From positions 1-64,000 of the forward strand of contig NGBS01000332.1 in assembly GCA_002245135.1 (NCBI GenBank): a DNA stretch of 64,000 nucleotides. The letters are read 5' to 3'. The notes beneath the pieces were generated by a model. The model did no database searches, was not told the origin of the DNA, and saw only the letters and a program-made list of their open reading frames with translations. The translations under genes and the position numbers were made by a program. Positions 10,552-25,060 of this stretch are shown in pieces. Numbering within the stretch: position 1 is the first letter of the stretch; every line of letters starts with the position of its first letter. This stretch comes from Proteromonas lacertae. Lineage: Eukaryota.

Positions 10552-10868
10552 TATTTGTTTTTTAATTATAACTTAATTTTGTCTAATTTCTATCATTATA
10601 TATCATATATTCACCTTTATGAACTTACAAACAACCATCTACACACAGCAAACACAAATCGAAGAGATAAGAGAATAATTACAGCTTATAATTATAAAAT
10701 ATAGATAATAAAAATATCTCATCTATAAAATTGATTTCTATTTTTATTTTGAAATTTTGTCCATTTAGGATATTTCTTTTCTTTGTTTTTTCTCTTGAAA
10801 GAACAACTTTTATTCATATTAAAGAAAAAATATATACCTAAATTATCTGATTCTTCATAGATTCTATG

Positions 10869-13700
10869 CTATATACTTTTAACTAGATTTTCATCCAACG
10901 CTTTAAATATTTCTTCACTGTTATAAGCATGTTCAGTTAGTTCTTTATACACCATTTCTCCTATTGTCTCAGATATAAAACTAAGTTTATTAGATTTAGT
11001 TATATCATTTTCATCTGTATCATATATAATTATTCTTTCATAATCTCTGTTTAATAAGGAATATTTACTTATTTCTTTAGTAATTTCCCACTTCAGTTTA
11101 TCACATGTAGGTGATATTATTCTTTTCATATTTATCACATCAGATGATCTATGATTTCCTATTATACCTCCATAATATTTATAGTTGTTGAGATATAAAC
11201 CTTGTTCTTTTTTATATGTTTCTTCTTCTTTTTCAGAAGGTATTTTCGTTTTTATTTCACCATATTCTATAAATCCCTCATTATCTTTTCTAAGTTCTGG
11301 ATTTTTCAATAATATTAACTTCTGCTAGTAAAAATGGAGGTATATACATTATCAAAGGATATCTTTTACTTTGAAATGTTTTTATATCATTATCATATGC
11401 ATTAGCTAACACAATAATCATTTCAGCATCAGAATAATCATCTTCACCAACAACAAATCCATCAACAATAACAATATATCGATTAGCTTTACCATAACCA
11501 AAATAGTCATCTTTATGATCAATAAATTGACCATCTTTGTGTCTAAAATATATTCGAATTCCTGGTTTTTCTTTATGAATTTTATCTCTAATTATTTTTG
11601 CTAATACTGTTTTACCAATTCCGAAATGACCAAATATTAAATAATATCTTTGGTGTGTAAAATCAAAATTATCTTTTCTTATAATATCCCACATTTGATT
11701 GAAACATTTTCACATTAATAGCAGTTGTTTGCCATCATTATATACTTCAAATTTTTCTTCTATTGGTGGAAATTCTGCTTTTGCTGGTTGTTGTTGCTGA
11801 ATTAATAAAGCTGGTACATAGAATCTTCTTCATAAACATCTGCTACTCTGTTTTGTATTGCACAATACATAAAATCACCTTCTTTCTTAACACTATATTC
11901 CAATATGATTAAAATACATGAATTATATATATTTATACTCTTATTGATTCTTCCATTTTTGTTCTAATATCATCTGTTATTTTTTTCTTATCAAATTTAT
12001 TATCATCATCTGATAACGCTTTTATAAAAACTCCATTCATTATCAAATCAAAGAAATTATTTTTATCCAATATAATAAACAAAATTCAATGTCTTTGGAG
12101 GATAATGAAAATACACTTCTTTGTCTGGATCTAAATTGAAATTATCATCTTCAATTATATTATTCGCCTGAATTTTACAAGTACTTAATTCATATGCAAT
12201 AACTTGTTTTAATGCAATTCTTTTCATATTATTATCATCATCACCCATTGACTTATAACTGTCATTTACTTTACCATAATCATCATCATTTTCAGGTGGA
12301 TTGAATTTATAAATGATATATTTTTCTACTTCTTCTGAAATAATTATCCCATTCTGGTTTTAAATCAACTATTATTATCGAATTATTAATATCACTTTCA
12401 TTAATATCAACCGCATCTTTTGTTTAATAATTTCTCCTTTTTCATTCAATCTATTAATCTCATTAGTATATAAATTATTCACTGCATTCACAAAACTATC
12501 TGGAATATCTAGAATTATATTCTCATCACCATAACTGTTTAAGAATATTTTCAAATCCATCATATCATTATTATAAAGTAAATAATGATATTGCTTTTTA
12601 TTTAACAAGAATGAATTTTCCATATCATCTTTTATTCTTTCGACAACTGCAGATCTATCAACATCAGTTACTGCAATACTATATATAAGTGATAACTTTT
12701 CCATCACACAATATTTTCTGTAATTGTAAATGCCAAATACATTATTTGGTAATTTCACTCCATTTAATACAACTCTATCATTAAATCTAACTCCATTTAA
12801 AACAACTATATCATCATTAAACTGAATATCATAATAACAGAAATCAGTAATAAAATATAATTGATCTCTATCTCTTTCAATATAGTACTCTATTAATTTT
12901 ACTGAACTGTTGTTGTAATATATGAGCGAATTGGAGTATTTAAATCTGTTGCTATCTGGGTTTCTTTACCATTTCCTTTTCTAAAAAACATCTTCTTTTC
13001 ATACATATCATATATTATTTTATATATTTCTCCTTCTTTACAATAAATATTCAATATTCCATCTGTTGTTTAAATATTATCACGTAATTCTGGTGAATCA
13101 CATATTTTAATGATTGAAGTTTTTTCATAACCAAAAATAATACCTTCTTTACCAATATTTATTATGTCATAATAAAAATAAAAAACTCCTTGTTCCATTT
13201 TTTCATTTATTACATTATATTGATGTTTAAATATTTTTTTACAAACAACATACTGAATTATATAATCTATATATCTATTTTCTGTTCTATATAAATCATT
13301 TTCAGTTTTTGTAAAATGAACAATATTTCTATCATCACTATCTGTAACATCAAAATTATACCTTTTTATGATTATCTTTTCATCCTCCCAACTTTTAGTT
13401 ATTTTGAATTCACTATCATTTTGATGTATTGATGTATTGTCTGGCATTTTAAATCGCTCGATAACTTGATATAACCTGTTTCTTTTGAATTAAACTTCTT
13501 GATATGGAATTTGTGATGATAAACTTCACTTACCAACTCTTGCCATATTACATTTTCAATAAATGTTTCTTTTCCTTCCTTATCATTTGATTCAATACGT
13601 CTCACTTTAACTTCATTCATAACCGTTTTTAATTTTCTCTTTTGTGGAACTACTTGTATTGATAATAAACCTATACTTTTATTATGTAATGCATATATAT
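10869..13700 (-). pseudogene. Fragmented Crinkler/RHS-like P-loop NTPase gene
   Basis: Walker A LIFGHFGIGKT, Walker B-like IVIVDG, then MIIVLANA, MYIPPFLLAEV and YKYYGGI, in the order seen in CRN-type NTPase modules. Multiple frameshifts and stops. Confidence 0.55.
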
Positions 13701-13785
13701 ATACTTCAAAACTTCAAATAATATTAAAAAATGGATTAAAAGGGATGAACAGCTAAGATATAAAGAAATATGTATTAGTTTTTAT

Positions 13786-14835
13786 CAGTGTTGTATTTAT
13801 TGGTGAAAAAATATAGGTTTACCTATAGATCAAAACCTATATCTTTAGCTTGACCTTTACCTTCCTTATACTAACTATTAGTTGACCTCCTATTGAGCAT
13901 GAGTTAAGAAGCATATTATCTAACCATAAATACAAAATTAATGTTTTATACATCATTTTTCAAATATCAAATTTGACCTTGGTCGATGCACTTTTTATAT
14001 TACTATTATTTTGATCTATTTCTCAATGATGACTCACAATAACATATTATTAACATAATATTAAATTAATTATAGAATAAAAAAAATAAAAGAAAAAAAC
14101 ATCAAGCTTGATGGTTTGACTAAGTTAATCTTTATTTTTTAAGATTTTGATCATTTAAATGTATAATTACTCAATATTTATAAGACTTTATGATAAATGA
14201 AACTATAGGGATATCACATTACCCCCTATCGCATCAAAAGAGTTGTGCATTTATTCAATTGTTGTATGTTAGAGAAGTAACATTTTAACTACTTCAAAAT
14301 GTTTTGGAAAACGTGATTAAAATAAAATATTCAGATTATTACATATGGTAAAAGCCAAAGTCAATTCAGATTCTGTCAACAAAGATCTATTTAAATTAAT
14401 AACCTTCAAGGCAGTCAATACCACAATATTAGACTCACCAGAATTTAGAAGGTTTTGCTTCAAACTAGGATATATTATACCTCTAAGAGAGTTTTATAAT
14501 GCTTATTTATTTTCAAAAACTGAGAAAGTAAGAGACTTATTGAAGACAAATATGTTAAATATCACTATTGAGTAGTTTGTAGATGAATTTTAATATATTA
14601 GTATAGATATTTATACAATTTTAACCAACCTTATTCTAACTATGGCAATTAAAGTAAAACAAGAAGCAGGAATAATATTTTATATAGTATGGTAGTTTGT
14701 ATAAAACAAATGTTACTCAGTAAGTTATTAAAATAGATTTTAACAAAATAATGCTCGAGGTTTGACCGACCAATGGCCAAAGCTAGATTATAGGTTTTAC
14801 CTCTAACCTATAGGTTACCTATTTATACAACCCTG
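13786..14835 (+). mobile_element. Internally deleted hAT transposon
   Basis: Imperfect TIRs CAGTGTTGTAT... / ...ATACAACCCTG. 8-bp TSD GTTTTTAT at 13778-13785 and 14836-14843. Subterminal TATAGGTT/AACCTATA repeats. Transposase relic 14345-14575 (LDSPEFRRFCFKLGYIIP). Confidence 0.85.
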
Positions 14836-15880
14836 GTTTTTATTTTGATTTACATTTTGTTATTCGTTGTAGTATTTATTGAATATATAATTATTTGTTC
14901 AACTCTAATACTTTCAATTTACTTTCTTCATCAATCTCATCATATTTACAAATCAAATTACAATTAATAAAACCACTACTTTCACAACTTGTCTTATGAT
15001 ATATGAATTTTCTCCAATTATTATAATCTAAACCTTCTATTCCTTTTATCGCTTAATTCAATGAGTTTTGTAGGTGAATGAAATAGTTATTGTGATCAAT
15101 TTCGCCATTGTTGATAATACATATTTTGCAGTGGGAAGATAGGTATTTTAAGCAAATAATTGCGTATTTACAAGTGTTGATGTTAATTTATATCTAATGT
15201 TAGTCTTCCTTCTTCAGTTTAATCATCCACTTTCTTCACTAATGAATATAAATTACCTTCTACATCTGATATTAATTAACTATTTAATAAAGGTTTAATA
15301 TAGTTCTGTATATTCTATCTTATAACTTTTATTCTTCTTTATCCTATCTATTCATCAACATACAATGTAATACCATATTATAATATTAACTAACTACAAC
15401 CATTTCTATTAATCTTTCAACTCAGTATTTTATTTTTATTGTATATTAATCACTTTTTTTTAATCTTTCAGCTAATAATTATTATTATGCAATACATACA
15501 AAGTTATTACATCTTCTTATAGATAAGTATATTTAAAACTTTCAAATCACGATCATTTCTTAATATCTTTCTTATACAAATATCACATCTTTATTTCTTT
15601 AAATTCACCACAATATATTATATACACATCAATTTCACAAAAAACTGTTTTATATTTATAAATATTTTGCCTTTTCTTTATTATGGTGTATAAAAACAAT
15701 AAAATAAGAGAAACAAATAAAAATTAAACTCAATCGATAATAGATTTGTATTTAAATATTATAGAGAAGGTTATAATACTTTGCTCTTATGATTTATTTG
15801 TTCAAACCCCAATTCAACACACATAATTTCTCTCAATGGCAAATTTATAGCCAGAGTATAATAATGAAAGAAGTTTTCAT

Positions 15881-18800
15881 TTAGTCAGTTGCTTTTAATG
15901 AAGATCTTTCTTGATGAGATGTCTTTGAAACAAGTTCTCTTCTGTTGATTATTGCATAACCAACTAAACCAATAATAATCAAAGTACCAATAACTACACC
16001 AAATGAAATACCAATTGCTTCTCCAGTCTTACTAGCAGCTGATCTGGTTTGAGGTTCTTCATAAATATCAGTTTGTCTGACAATAACAGAGGAATAAGCC
16101 ATATCAGGTGAAGAAGAATGTAAATCATTTTCAAAAGCATCAGATTTTAAGATATTAGATGTAATTGAGATTATTGTATTTCGATAATTCTTTGGAGCTG
16201 TAATAAATGCAACTGTTCTTACTAAATTTGATGTCATATCCATATTAGATGTATCCCAATCTAATCTCACATTCGTTCTATCAACATCAAATGAAACTGC
16301 ACTTCTTAAATGAGTTATTAATAGATTTCTAATTATCACAAATGCTTGAGGATTTACTGCTTGACCAGATACACCAGTTGTATAATCGATTTCTATCTTG
16401 GCGATTATTCTTCCACTTACTAATGGAGGATCTTCTACATATTCTCTACAATCTGTATCATCTACAGCTTGCCATTGTGGATTTAAGTAATTATCACCTC
16501 TACATTGTCTTTGAAGAACACCTGTCTTTCCATCTTTACATAATATATAAGCAGTCATTGAATAAGAAGTTGCTGGCCATTCACCATTAGCTGGACATGT
16601 ATTGGATATTACTTGAAGATAAACATTTGTATAATAAATTCCATTAAGATTTCTTGCACCAACTACATATAATGTTTCTTTCATTAATTCAGATGGTCTT
16701 CCACTGAATTTACCTTCACTAAATGTTATACCAGCTGGTAAAGCAGGATAGTCTGGTAAAATCCATTCTAACACATTATATTTTATATTTGGTGCTAAAT
16801 CAAATGTTCTATCAATATATAAAGTATTCTTTTTAGCTGGATAAGTAATTATTGGAGGTGATGGTCTACAACCAGATAAATCTTCTTCTCCCCAAACTGG
16901 TTTAGAATCTGATACTGTACATGTTCTATAGGAATAACCCATATAACCTTCACTACAAGCTTTTTGACCTCTTTCACCTACATTTGTTGCTGGATAACCA
17001 TTTTCTGCACTACATGTTGATGCAATTACTTCCAATTGGATTGTATATGTCTTTGTTGTTTGATCTCTTGCAGCTATACCAGTTATTGTATAAGTCATTA
17101 ATTTTCTTGTTATTGTAGGAGTTCCTGTTATTGAACCAGTTTTATTAACAAATGATAAACCTGCTGGTAATGATGGACTAGAATAATAACCAGCTGCTCC
17201 TTGACTTGACGGAATTGTTGGAGTAATTGTCTTCTTTATACTTCTGTAGAATGATAATATATTATCATTACCATAATTCAAACTAGATGGTAAACTTAAG
17301 GCTACACATTGAGATATATTGGGTGTTCCCCAAATACCACTTGTCAAACATGATCTTTGCATATTTCCAGAATAACCAGCTAAACATTCAATATCTAAAT
17401 CTTGACCAGCACTTGTCTCAGGCCAATCTCCTTCTTGTGGACATGTAGCAATTCTACAACTGTAAGTGAAAAGTCTATTGAATGATATCAAATCTTCACT
17501 AGGATTTCTTTTTCCTGAATATATGATCTTATAAGCATCATAAATATCACTTGTTCCATTTAAGAATTCAGCTTCATATTGTGCATTTGCACCAATACTG
17601 GGGAAGACTGGAATATCAAATGTTTTAGTCCATTTGAATGAGGTTTCAAATGATTGATCATTTACATATTCACCTTTTCCTCCATATAAACTCCATGCTG
17701 TTGGATCTCTATCATTACTATAAGCATTAGTTGTGAATATAGCTTTGTTAATAAACTCAGATCTATGATTCCAAGCATAATAGTTTGTTGCTGGATCGGA
17801 TTGATATTTAATTGCAAATTTATTCGTATGATCTGATACTGCATCACTGATAGTATTTTCTAATGGTTCAAATATAACACCATTAGTGTAAGCTTTCATT
17901 GATGATACTGTTCTCTTTGAACATTTATCAGCACTTTCAAGATAAGATGCTTCAGCTGTAAATGGATCTGCAGATAAGGATGATTGATGTTTATGAAATT
18001 CAATACCAACATAATTTATACCATTTACTAAATAGGCAGATGGAATAACTATGGCATAACTTGGTGTTGTTGTTAAATCATAAACTTTAGTAGCCATAGT
18101 ATCAGCTGTTATTTCATCTTCAGGTAAATTCTTTTGGAATATCTTCTTACCATTCAAATATAAAACCATACCAGCATCAAATATTATTTGTAATTCAACA
18201 CCAGATAATGTTCCAATACTTCTAGTAATCTCCATTGTTGTTCTATAATATCTTGTTGTTGCTGGTCTATCAGCTCCTTTACCAGAAACCATTGTTGACC
18301 ATCCAGATAATGATTTAGAATTAGTCCATGAAGTGGAGGTTTGTTTATTATCAGTATAACTCCATGTTGCTTTTCGATGAATCAAATAATTTAATGAAAC
18401 TGTCATTGTCATTACTTGATTAGGAAGATTCATGTTTGCTGTTAATAATGTGATTGGTGGAACAATTGCTTTTATATATGAAGTAGAAAGCCATGTAACA
18501 CCTGTAATTGAACCTACTTTTATTTTATAATCACCTGATGGTAAACAATAACCATATTGTTGGACAATACCACTCATTTCTACTGTTCTATTAATCAATA
18601 TATTACCAGATCCATCTAAGAATTGCCATGAAATAATATTTGAATCAGTGGAGAAATAAGTTTCTAATATTAATGGAATATCATTACATTCAGTCACATC
18701 AAATGATATTGAAACTGTACCAGGTCCCATTGAACCAGTACCAGTAATAGTATAAGTTTGAAGTGAAGATGGAGCTTCCTTTAAAATACCTGATATAGCA

Positions 18801-21665
18801 CCATTACTTGTATTAAAGAATAATCCTTCTGGTAATTGGCTTGGACTAATTGTAAACTCATAAGCACCACCTTCTAATGTTGGAGATGTAAACATTGATT
18901 CACCTACTCTAATTGGAATTGGATTCTTTGGATATATAATAACTGGAGATTTTTGAGCAGCAATGAAGTTGATTCTTACACCAGCTCTAATTCCAGGATA
19001 TTCTTCATAGTGAATCTTATTCTTTCCTTCAAAGTTGATTGTAAACCATCCTCCTTTCTGACAGTTGGATGTAAAAGCAAAAGTAATATTTGCATTTTGT
19101 GGTACACAGACTTGATAACTGTAAATTGTATCTTGTTTATGATCTCTTCCAGCAAAATGTGTAATACCATTTGCATCAGTAACTGTTGCTGTAACATCAC
19201 CATCTTGAACTGAATAATGTCCATGAATCAATACATTATTTCCACTACAAGGACTAATATTAATTTGAACAGTGGTTGTTATTGTATCAGCATTTGTTAC
19301 ACATTTAATTGTATATTGTTTACCAGCAGATTCTTTTGCAATACCATAGATTGTTCCATTAATAGGATCAACATTTAAACCATAAGGTAATTCATCAGCA
19401 TAGAAACGAGGATTTAAGGCATTGTTGATAGTAGGTGTGACTGGAGTTATTGGATTTGGAATTTGACCAATTACACTTGGATAAGAGAAATCAGTTGGTT
19501 GAATAACTGCTTCAATACCAATTGTAATTGTTGTTGAATATGAAACACCTCCACTATCAGCTGTAATAACATAATCGTAATATGCTGATGATGTATCTGG
19601 AGTTCCAGCTATTACACCAGATGTTGGATTAATAGTCATTCCTGATGGTAACTCTGGATCAATAACAAAGTTTGACATTGCCATTATACCATTAGCGAAG
19701 ATTGGAGTATTTTCTGGAGCAGATTTAGTTGATAAATAAGTAGCTACTTGATAAGTGTAAGAAAATGATTGACTGAGTGAATATCTCAAATTATTAGCTG
19801 GAATTGGTTGGATTGGGTAATTTGTACTAGCAAATTTGAGTTGGAAATCATTTGAAGTAAAACCACTGCTTGTTACACCTCTACCAAAAATTATCTTAAC
19901 CTTCATTGGATCAACAGATAATTCTTTTTCAGTTTTCTTTGTAACTTGAGATTTAGTATTAATGGCTTCCATAGTGAAACTACCACCTGCTGGTAAGGTT
20001 AATTCCATTCTACATAAATCATTACATTCCATTGTAAATTCCCAAAATCCACTGCTTGGAACAGTAAGGAAACCTTCCCAAACAATGATAAAGTTTTGAC
20101 TCATCTTTGATGAAAACTTATCAAATGATAATTGATTGATATTACTATCAATACGTCTGTATACTTCACTAAAACCAGGACCTGGAACTTTTGGAATTGA
20201 TTTTAATGTTAATGGTTCATCGGCTGAATAATAAGAAGCTTCTAAACCATTTTGGAATGTACTTGAACTTGAACCAACTACAGTAATATAGACTTTCTTT
20301 GTAATGCAGTTGAATATACTACAAGCTTTGACTTGATATTCTGTTCTTGGCATTTCTTGTACACTATTATATTCAATAGCACCACTTCTTTCAGAGAAAG
20401 TAACACCAGCTGGTGGTGTTGGTGTTATGGAAAAACTAGTTGGGAAACCTTGAACTGTTGGCATAATATGGCCACTTGATGTTGGACTAATACGTAAATC
20501 AGTAGTGGCATATTTGAATGAAGTAACAACTGAATAATAGGGTGTTAAAGCCTCAGTTGGTATTTCAACAAAATTAGTTTCAGTATCTCTACGATATTCT
20601 ACATACATATCATTAGCGCCACCTCCACCATAATGAATAAAGGTTAATAAGTTCCTACCAGCTTCTAAACGAAGAAGAAATGTCTTTATCTCAGCATAGT
20701 TGGCAGTCTTATCAATGAATCTGTAATTTTCACCAAAATAAAACCATAAATTATCATCTCCTTTGTATCTAAACACATAACTTTCAGATGAAGGAACAGT
20801 AACATAAGCTCTTTTCATTTCAAGATAATATACATTATGAAATCCATACTGTGCTAAATATTCATCGGCTTTATTAGACCAAAACTTTGGAACAATTGTA
20901 ACACCATCATTCAATGATCCATCAATAAAAGAATCGAAATAGGGAGTAATATCATCTGGTGAAGAAGTGATGTAATTATTGGGACTATATAATGAACTAA
21001 CACCTCTAGCTGTTTCAGTATCTGTTATAAGTGTTAATGAGATTGTAATTTGGACTGCACTAATTGTATTTGCACAATTTAACACTACTCGATCAGCTAT
21101 TTGTTGTTGTTGTTGTTGATCTACATAGATTTCTAATTGACCGTTATTTAATATCATATATTTTGCATCTGGAGGATATGCAATAGTGAAATTGTAAGCA
21201 GCTGCTCTACATTCTGGTTTGGGTAAGATCACAAACTCGTTGTATGGAACATTTATAGCTGGACCATCTATTCCATCTATTTCATACTTACAGCTCTTTA
21301 TCACATCATCTACTCTCATTTTGAAAGTAACCACATGCTGTTGATTACCACCATCAACAATTGTTACAGTGTAAGTGGTTCTTTCTAAATAAGTACGTGG
21401 AATACCAGCAATTTGAACACCAGTTAATCCAACTGTATAACTTGCCCAACTTGGTAACATTGGTGAAAATGTGGCACTCTTTGCCACTGGTGAACCACTA
21501 CATGGAATTACGATGGTAATATAAACAGGATTTCTCAAATTAGAGATTGATTCTTCACGAACACTTTGACATTGTAGTGCACTTGCGACTATATTAAAAA
21601 TTAGATGATTTATTATAAATATATATACCACTAAGCCAAATAGCAATAATAAAGATGTATTTCAT
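15881..21665 (-). CDS. Large type I membrane surface protein with PA14-like and putative Ig (He_PIG) repeats
   Basis: ATG 21665 plus one short intron gives signal peptide MKYIFIIAIWLSVASA. Repeats such as LPSGMTINPTSGVIAGTP and LPAGLSFVNKTGSITGTP; PA14-like WEGFLTVPSSGFWEF; C..G.WP.T Cys modules; TM helix near the C-terminus. Confidence 0.88.
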
Positions 21666-22186
21666 CTTGATTTTTAAGATCTAAGATCTACGAGATGATT
21701 GGCTGATTTTTGGATTTTAACCAATCATATCAAAGATCGGGTGTGGGTTTTCTAAATTTTTTATAATCTAATAAACTCACATCTGCCATTACATTAGGTT
21801 GAATATATGATAAATATGACAAACAGTCATTAAACAAAACACTTCTGTCACATTCTTGTAGTTGTATATAAGTAGATATACTCAAATGTGACTTTGTATC
21901 TAATTTTTTTACTATAGTCAGTGTTATTTAGCTTATCATGTATTACATGAATTTTTTTTAGAGTCATATACAGAATCTAGATGAAAGTCACATGTTAAAG
22001 GAGAGTACGATTAGTAATTATCAACTTTCCATCCATGTTCTTCATTTATATATTAATATCTACTTTTTTAATTCGTGAGGTATATTATTTTGTGAAAATG
22101 AACTGACTTTATTTTATATGAGTTTTATTCTATACACATTACATAATAAAAATAAAATATATAGAAATAACATAATACAAAAGAAG

Positions 22187-22998
22187 TTAATGTTTAGGTA
22201 AAAAGTCATACCAGTTTCTTAACACACTCATCAATTCACTATAAGCTTCATCTAAATTGTTATTTACTAACACATATTCATAACTACCAGGCTGTTTAGC
22301 ATACTCTATCTCACCAAATGCATTTTTTAATCTTCTTGATATTGTTTCTTCATTTTCTGTTCCTCTGCCTCTCAATCTTCTTTCTAACTCTTCATTAGAT
22401 GGTGGTAAAATAAACAATGAGTGAGGTGGATTCTTAAATTTGTTTGATTTCTTTAAATTCTTTGCTCCTTGTACATCTATGTCAAATATACAGATTTTGC
22501 CAGCATTAGCTACATCTTCATATGCTTTTATACTGGTTCCATAGTATTTACCATGAACACAAGCATGTTCTAAAAATTCACCTCTTTCAATTTTTTCTTT
22601 CATTATTTGTTCGGATACAAAGTAATAATCTACTCCATCTTTCTCTCCTGGACGAGGTTTTCTAGTTGTATGACTGATTGAAAATCCAAAATTTTCGGGA
22701 TAATCATGAAATACTTTTGCTATTAATGTACCTTTACCTACACCAGATGGTCCACTAATTATTAATGCTTTTGGGACTATCTTTTGTAACTAATTATTTT
22801 AAAACATTAAAAAACATACCTTTTCAATTCTTTGCATTTCTGCAGCATAAACTATCTTTTGATCATAACGATAAGCCCTAGATTATATTGAATGTCTTTA
22901 TACCCATAGCCAACAGCACAAACAGCTGCTAGCGGGATTATTCTTGATGCTCTTAAGACTATTATTACATTAAATAACTTATAAATCATACAGTTCAT
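22187..22998 (-). CDS. GUK1: Guanylate kinase
   Basis: Three short introns at the 5' end. ALIISGPSGVGKGTL, FSISHTTRKPRPGEKDGVDY, HGKYYGTS, FDIDVQGA, LRGRGTE. Confidence 0.93.
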
Positions 22999-23068
22999 GA
23001 AAAAATCGAAAGATTAAAAAATCAAATAAAAATTCAAGTTTTGTCAAGCCTCATTTTCAATTATTTGA

Positions 23069-24927
23069 ATGAATACAAGTGAACCAAAGAAAGAATGTAA
23101 GTTATGATTTATTTAATTACAAATAGTGCCACGATTACAACTGATCTCATTGAGTAATACTGTATATATAAAGAAATTAAGTATTTAGGAATATGAAGTA
23201 TTTAATGGACCAATTGATTTAGAAGTTAAGAAAGATTATCATGTAGAAAAGAATGAAACAGTCGATATTGCAGTTACAAATCCTCTGGTAAGAAAATAAG
23301 AAAATATGTTGTTATAGAAACTACCAGAATTTAGTAAAGATGGTCACTACTTTTATACCTTAAATAAAGAAGTTTCGTTGAATGTATATGATGCAGAAAA
23401 CAATTTTTCTCTATTCTATTCAATACCCATCAAAATATTCAATTTTTCTGTAAGTCCTCATGGTACCTACGTTGTAACATGGAGTAAGCCTATAGAAAAC
23501 GAGCCAAACTTGATAATTTGGAATATAAAAACAAGTATATATTTCATAATTTTTATTAAGTAGATGAAAGAATAAGAGAATTCATTTTCAAGAAATACAA
23601 AGCTGAGACATGGCCAGTAATCCAATGGACAAATGATGAGAAATATTATACATATCAAACAACCAATACAATTACATTATACTCTACTTCAGCCAAAGAT
23701 ACATCATTACCATTACATTGTGAAGATGTTTTATCACATTCTATCGCACCAAATAGTGAGAATTGGAAAGTATAATTATTTATTTATATGTTTATTAGAT
23801 TGCTGCATTTGTACCTGAAAAGAAAGGTAAACCTGGGAAATTAATGATATTTGATTCAACTCATACAGTAGAACCATTGCTATGTGAAACATTTTTTAAC
23901 GCTGAAACTGTATATATATAATATTTTATTTTTTTATTAAGTGTAAATATTTATGGTCTCCAGATTGTACAAGACTAATATTCTTGATATTTACAGAACA
24001 TGATAAAGTATAAATATAAATATAAATATTATAACAATTAGACTGGAAAATCTTATTATGGTCAATCATCCATTTATTTAATGAATTTCGATAAAAAGAT
24101 TTCTCAAAGAATAAGTCAAACTAAAGATGGTCCAATCCACGATGTTCAATGGAATCCAAATAATAAAGATTTTATATTAATTGCAGGAACAATGCCGCCT
24201 GATATTTCATTATATAAAAGAGATGGAGATATTGAATTTCAATTTGGACAATGCAATAGAAATACTGTTATTTTCAGTCCACATGGAAGGTTTATATGTA
24301 TTGCTGGTTTTGGTAGTTTAAATGGAGATATTGATATTTGGGATTATAATAAGAAGAAAAGAATTTGTCCAACTTTTAAGTCAGAATATAGTTCACAAGC
24401 TAAATGGAGTGCTGATAGTCGATTTCTATTAACATCTGTTACTCGTCCAAGAATGAATATGGATAATAATTGGAAAATATATCGTTACAATGGTGAATTA
24501 GTGTATATCTATATATATATTCGTTATTTTTATTTTTATTTTGTAAAATAGATATGAACATCCTATTGATCCGTTATACTATATTAATTGGAAACCAACT
24601 GAAGTAAATGTTTATCCAAATAGACCTCAATCTCCACCAAAGAAAGATATTGCTGCTACTACAATTGGTGATTCTTCTACTGCATCTATTCCTGCCAGCT
24701 CCATCTGTACCAGAACCAAAGAAAGCGTATATTCCACCGCATTTGAGAGGTAAAATAAAAGAGAAATTAATTATATCTGATTCAGAGAAAAATCCACCCA
24801 AAAAAGTTGAAGTTGTTAAAAATACTGTATTTTTATCATTTTTATTATTATTTTATGTATATAGATTCCTGGTGCTGAATATGTTAAAAAGAAGAAGAGA
24901 AACAACAAAAAGAAAAATATACCTTAA
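23069..24927 (+). CDS. EIF2A: Translation initiation factor 2A (multi-exon)
   Basis: DKTGKSYYG, DGPIHDVQWNP, RNTVIFSPHGRFICIAGFGSLNG, RPRMNMDN, AYIPPHLRG. Confidence 0.93.
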
Positions 24928-25060
24928 AAAGAATATTGTTTAATTATTATTATTATTATTATTATTAAAATTGTTTGTTATAAATACATTAAGATTTAAT
25001 TTATATAAAAAATGATAGTTATTAAATGATAAATCTAAAAAAATCTAAATTACATCAATT

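Noticed and set aside
14850..15850. Possible decayed gene
   Set aside because: Only short coding-like patches on the minus strand; no family recognisable.
16342..19224. Small ORFs overlapping the large surface-protein gene
   Set aside because: Shadow ORFs without motifs; the same applies to short antisense ORFs throughout the window.
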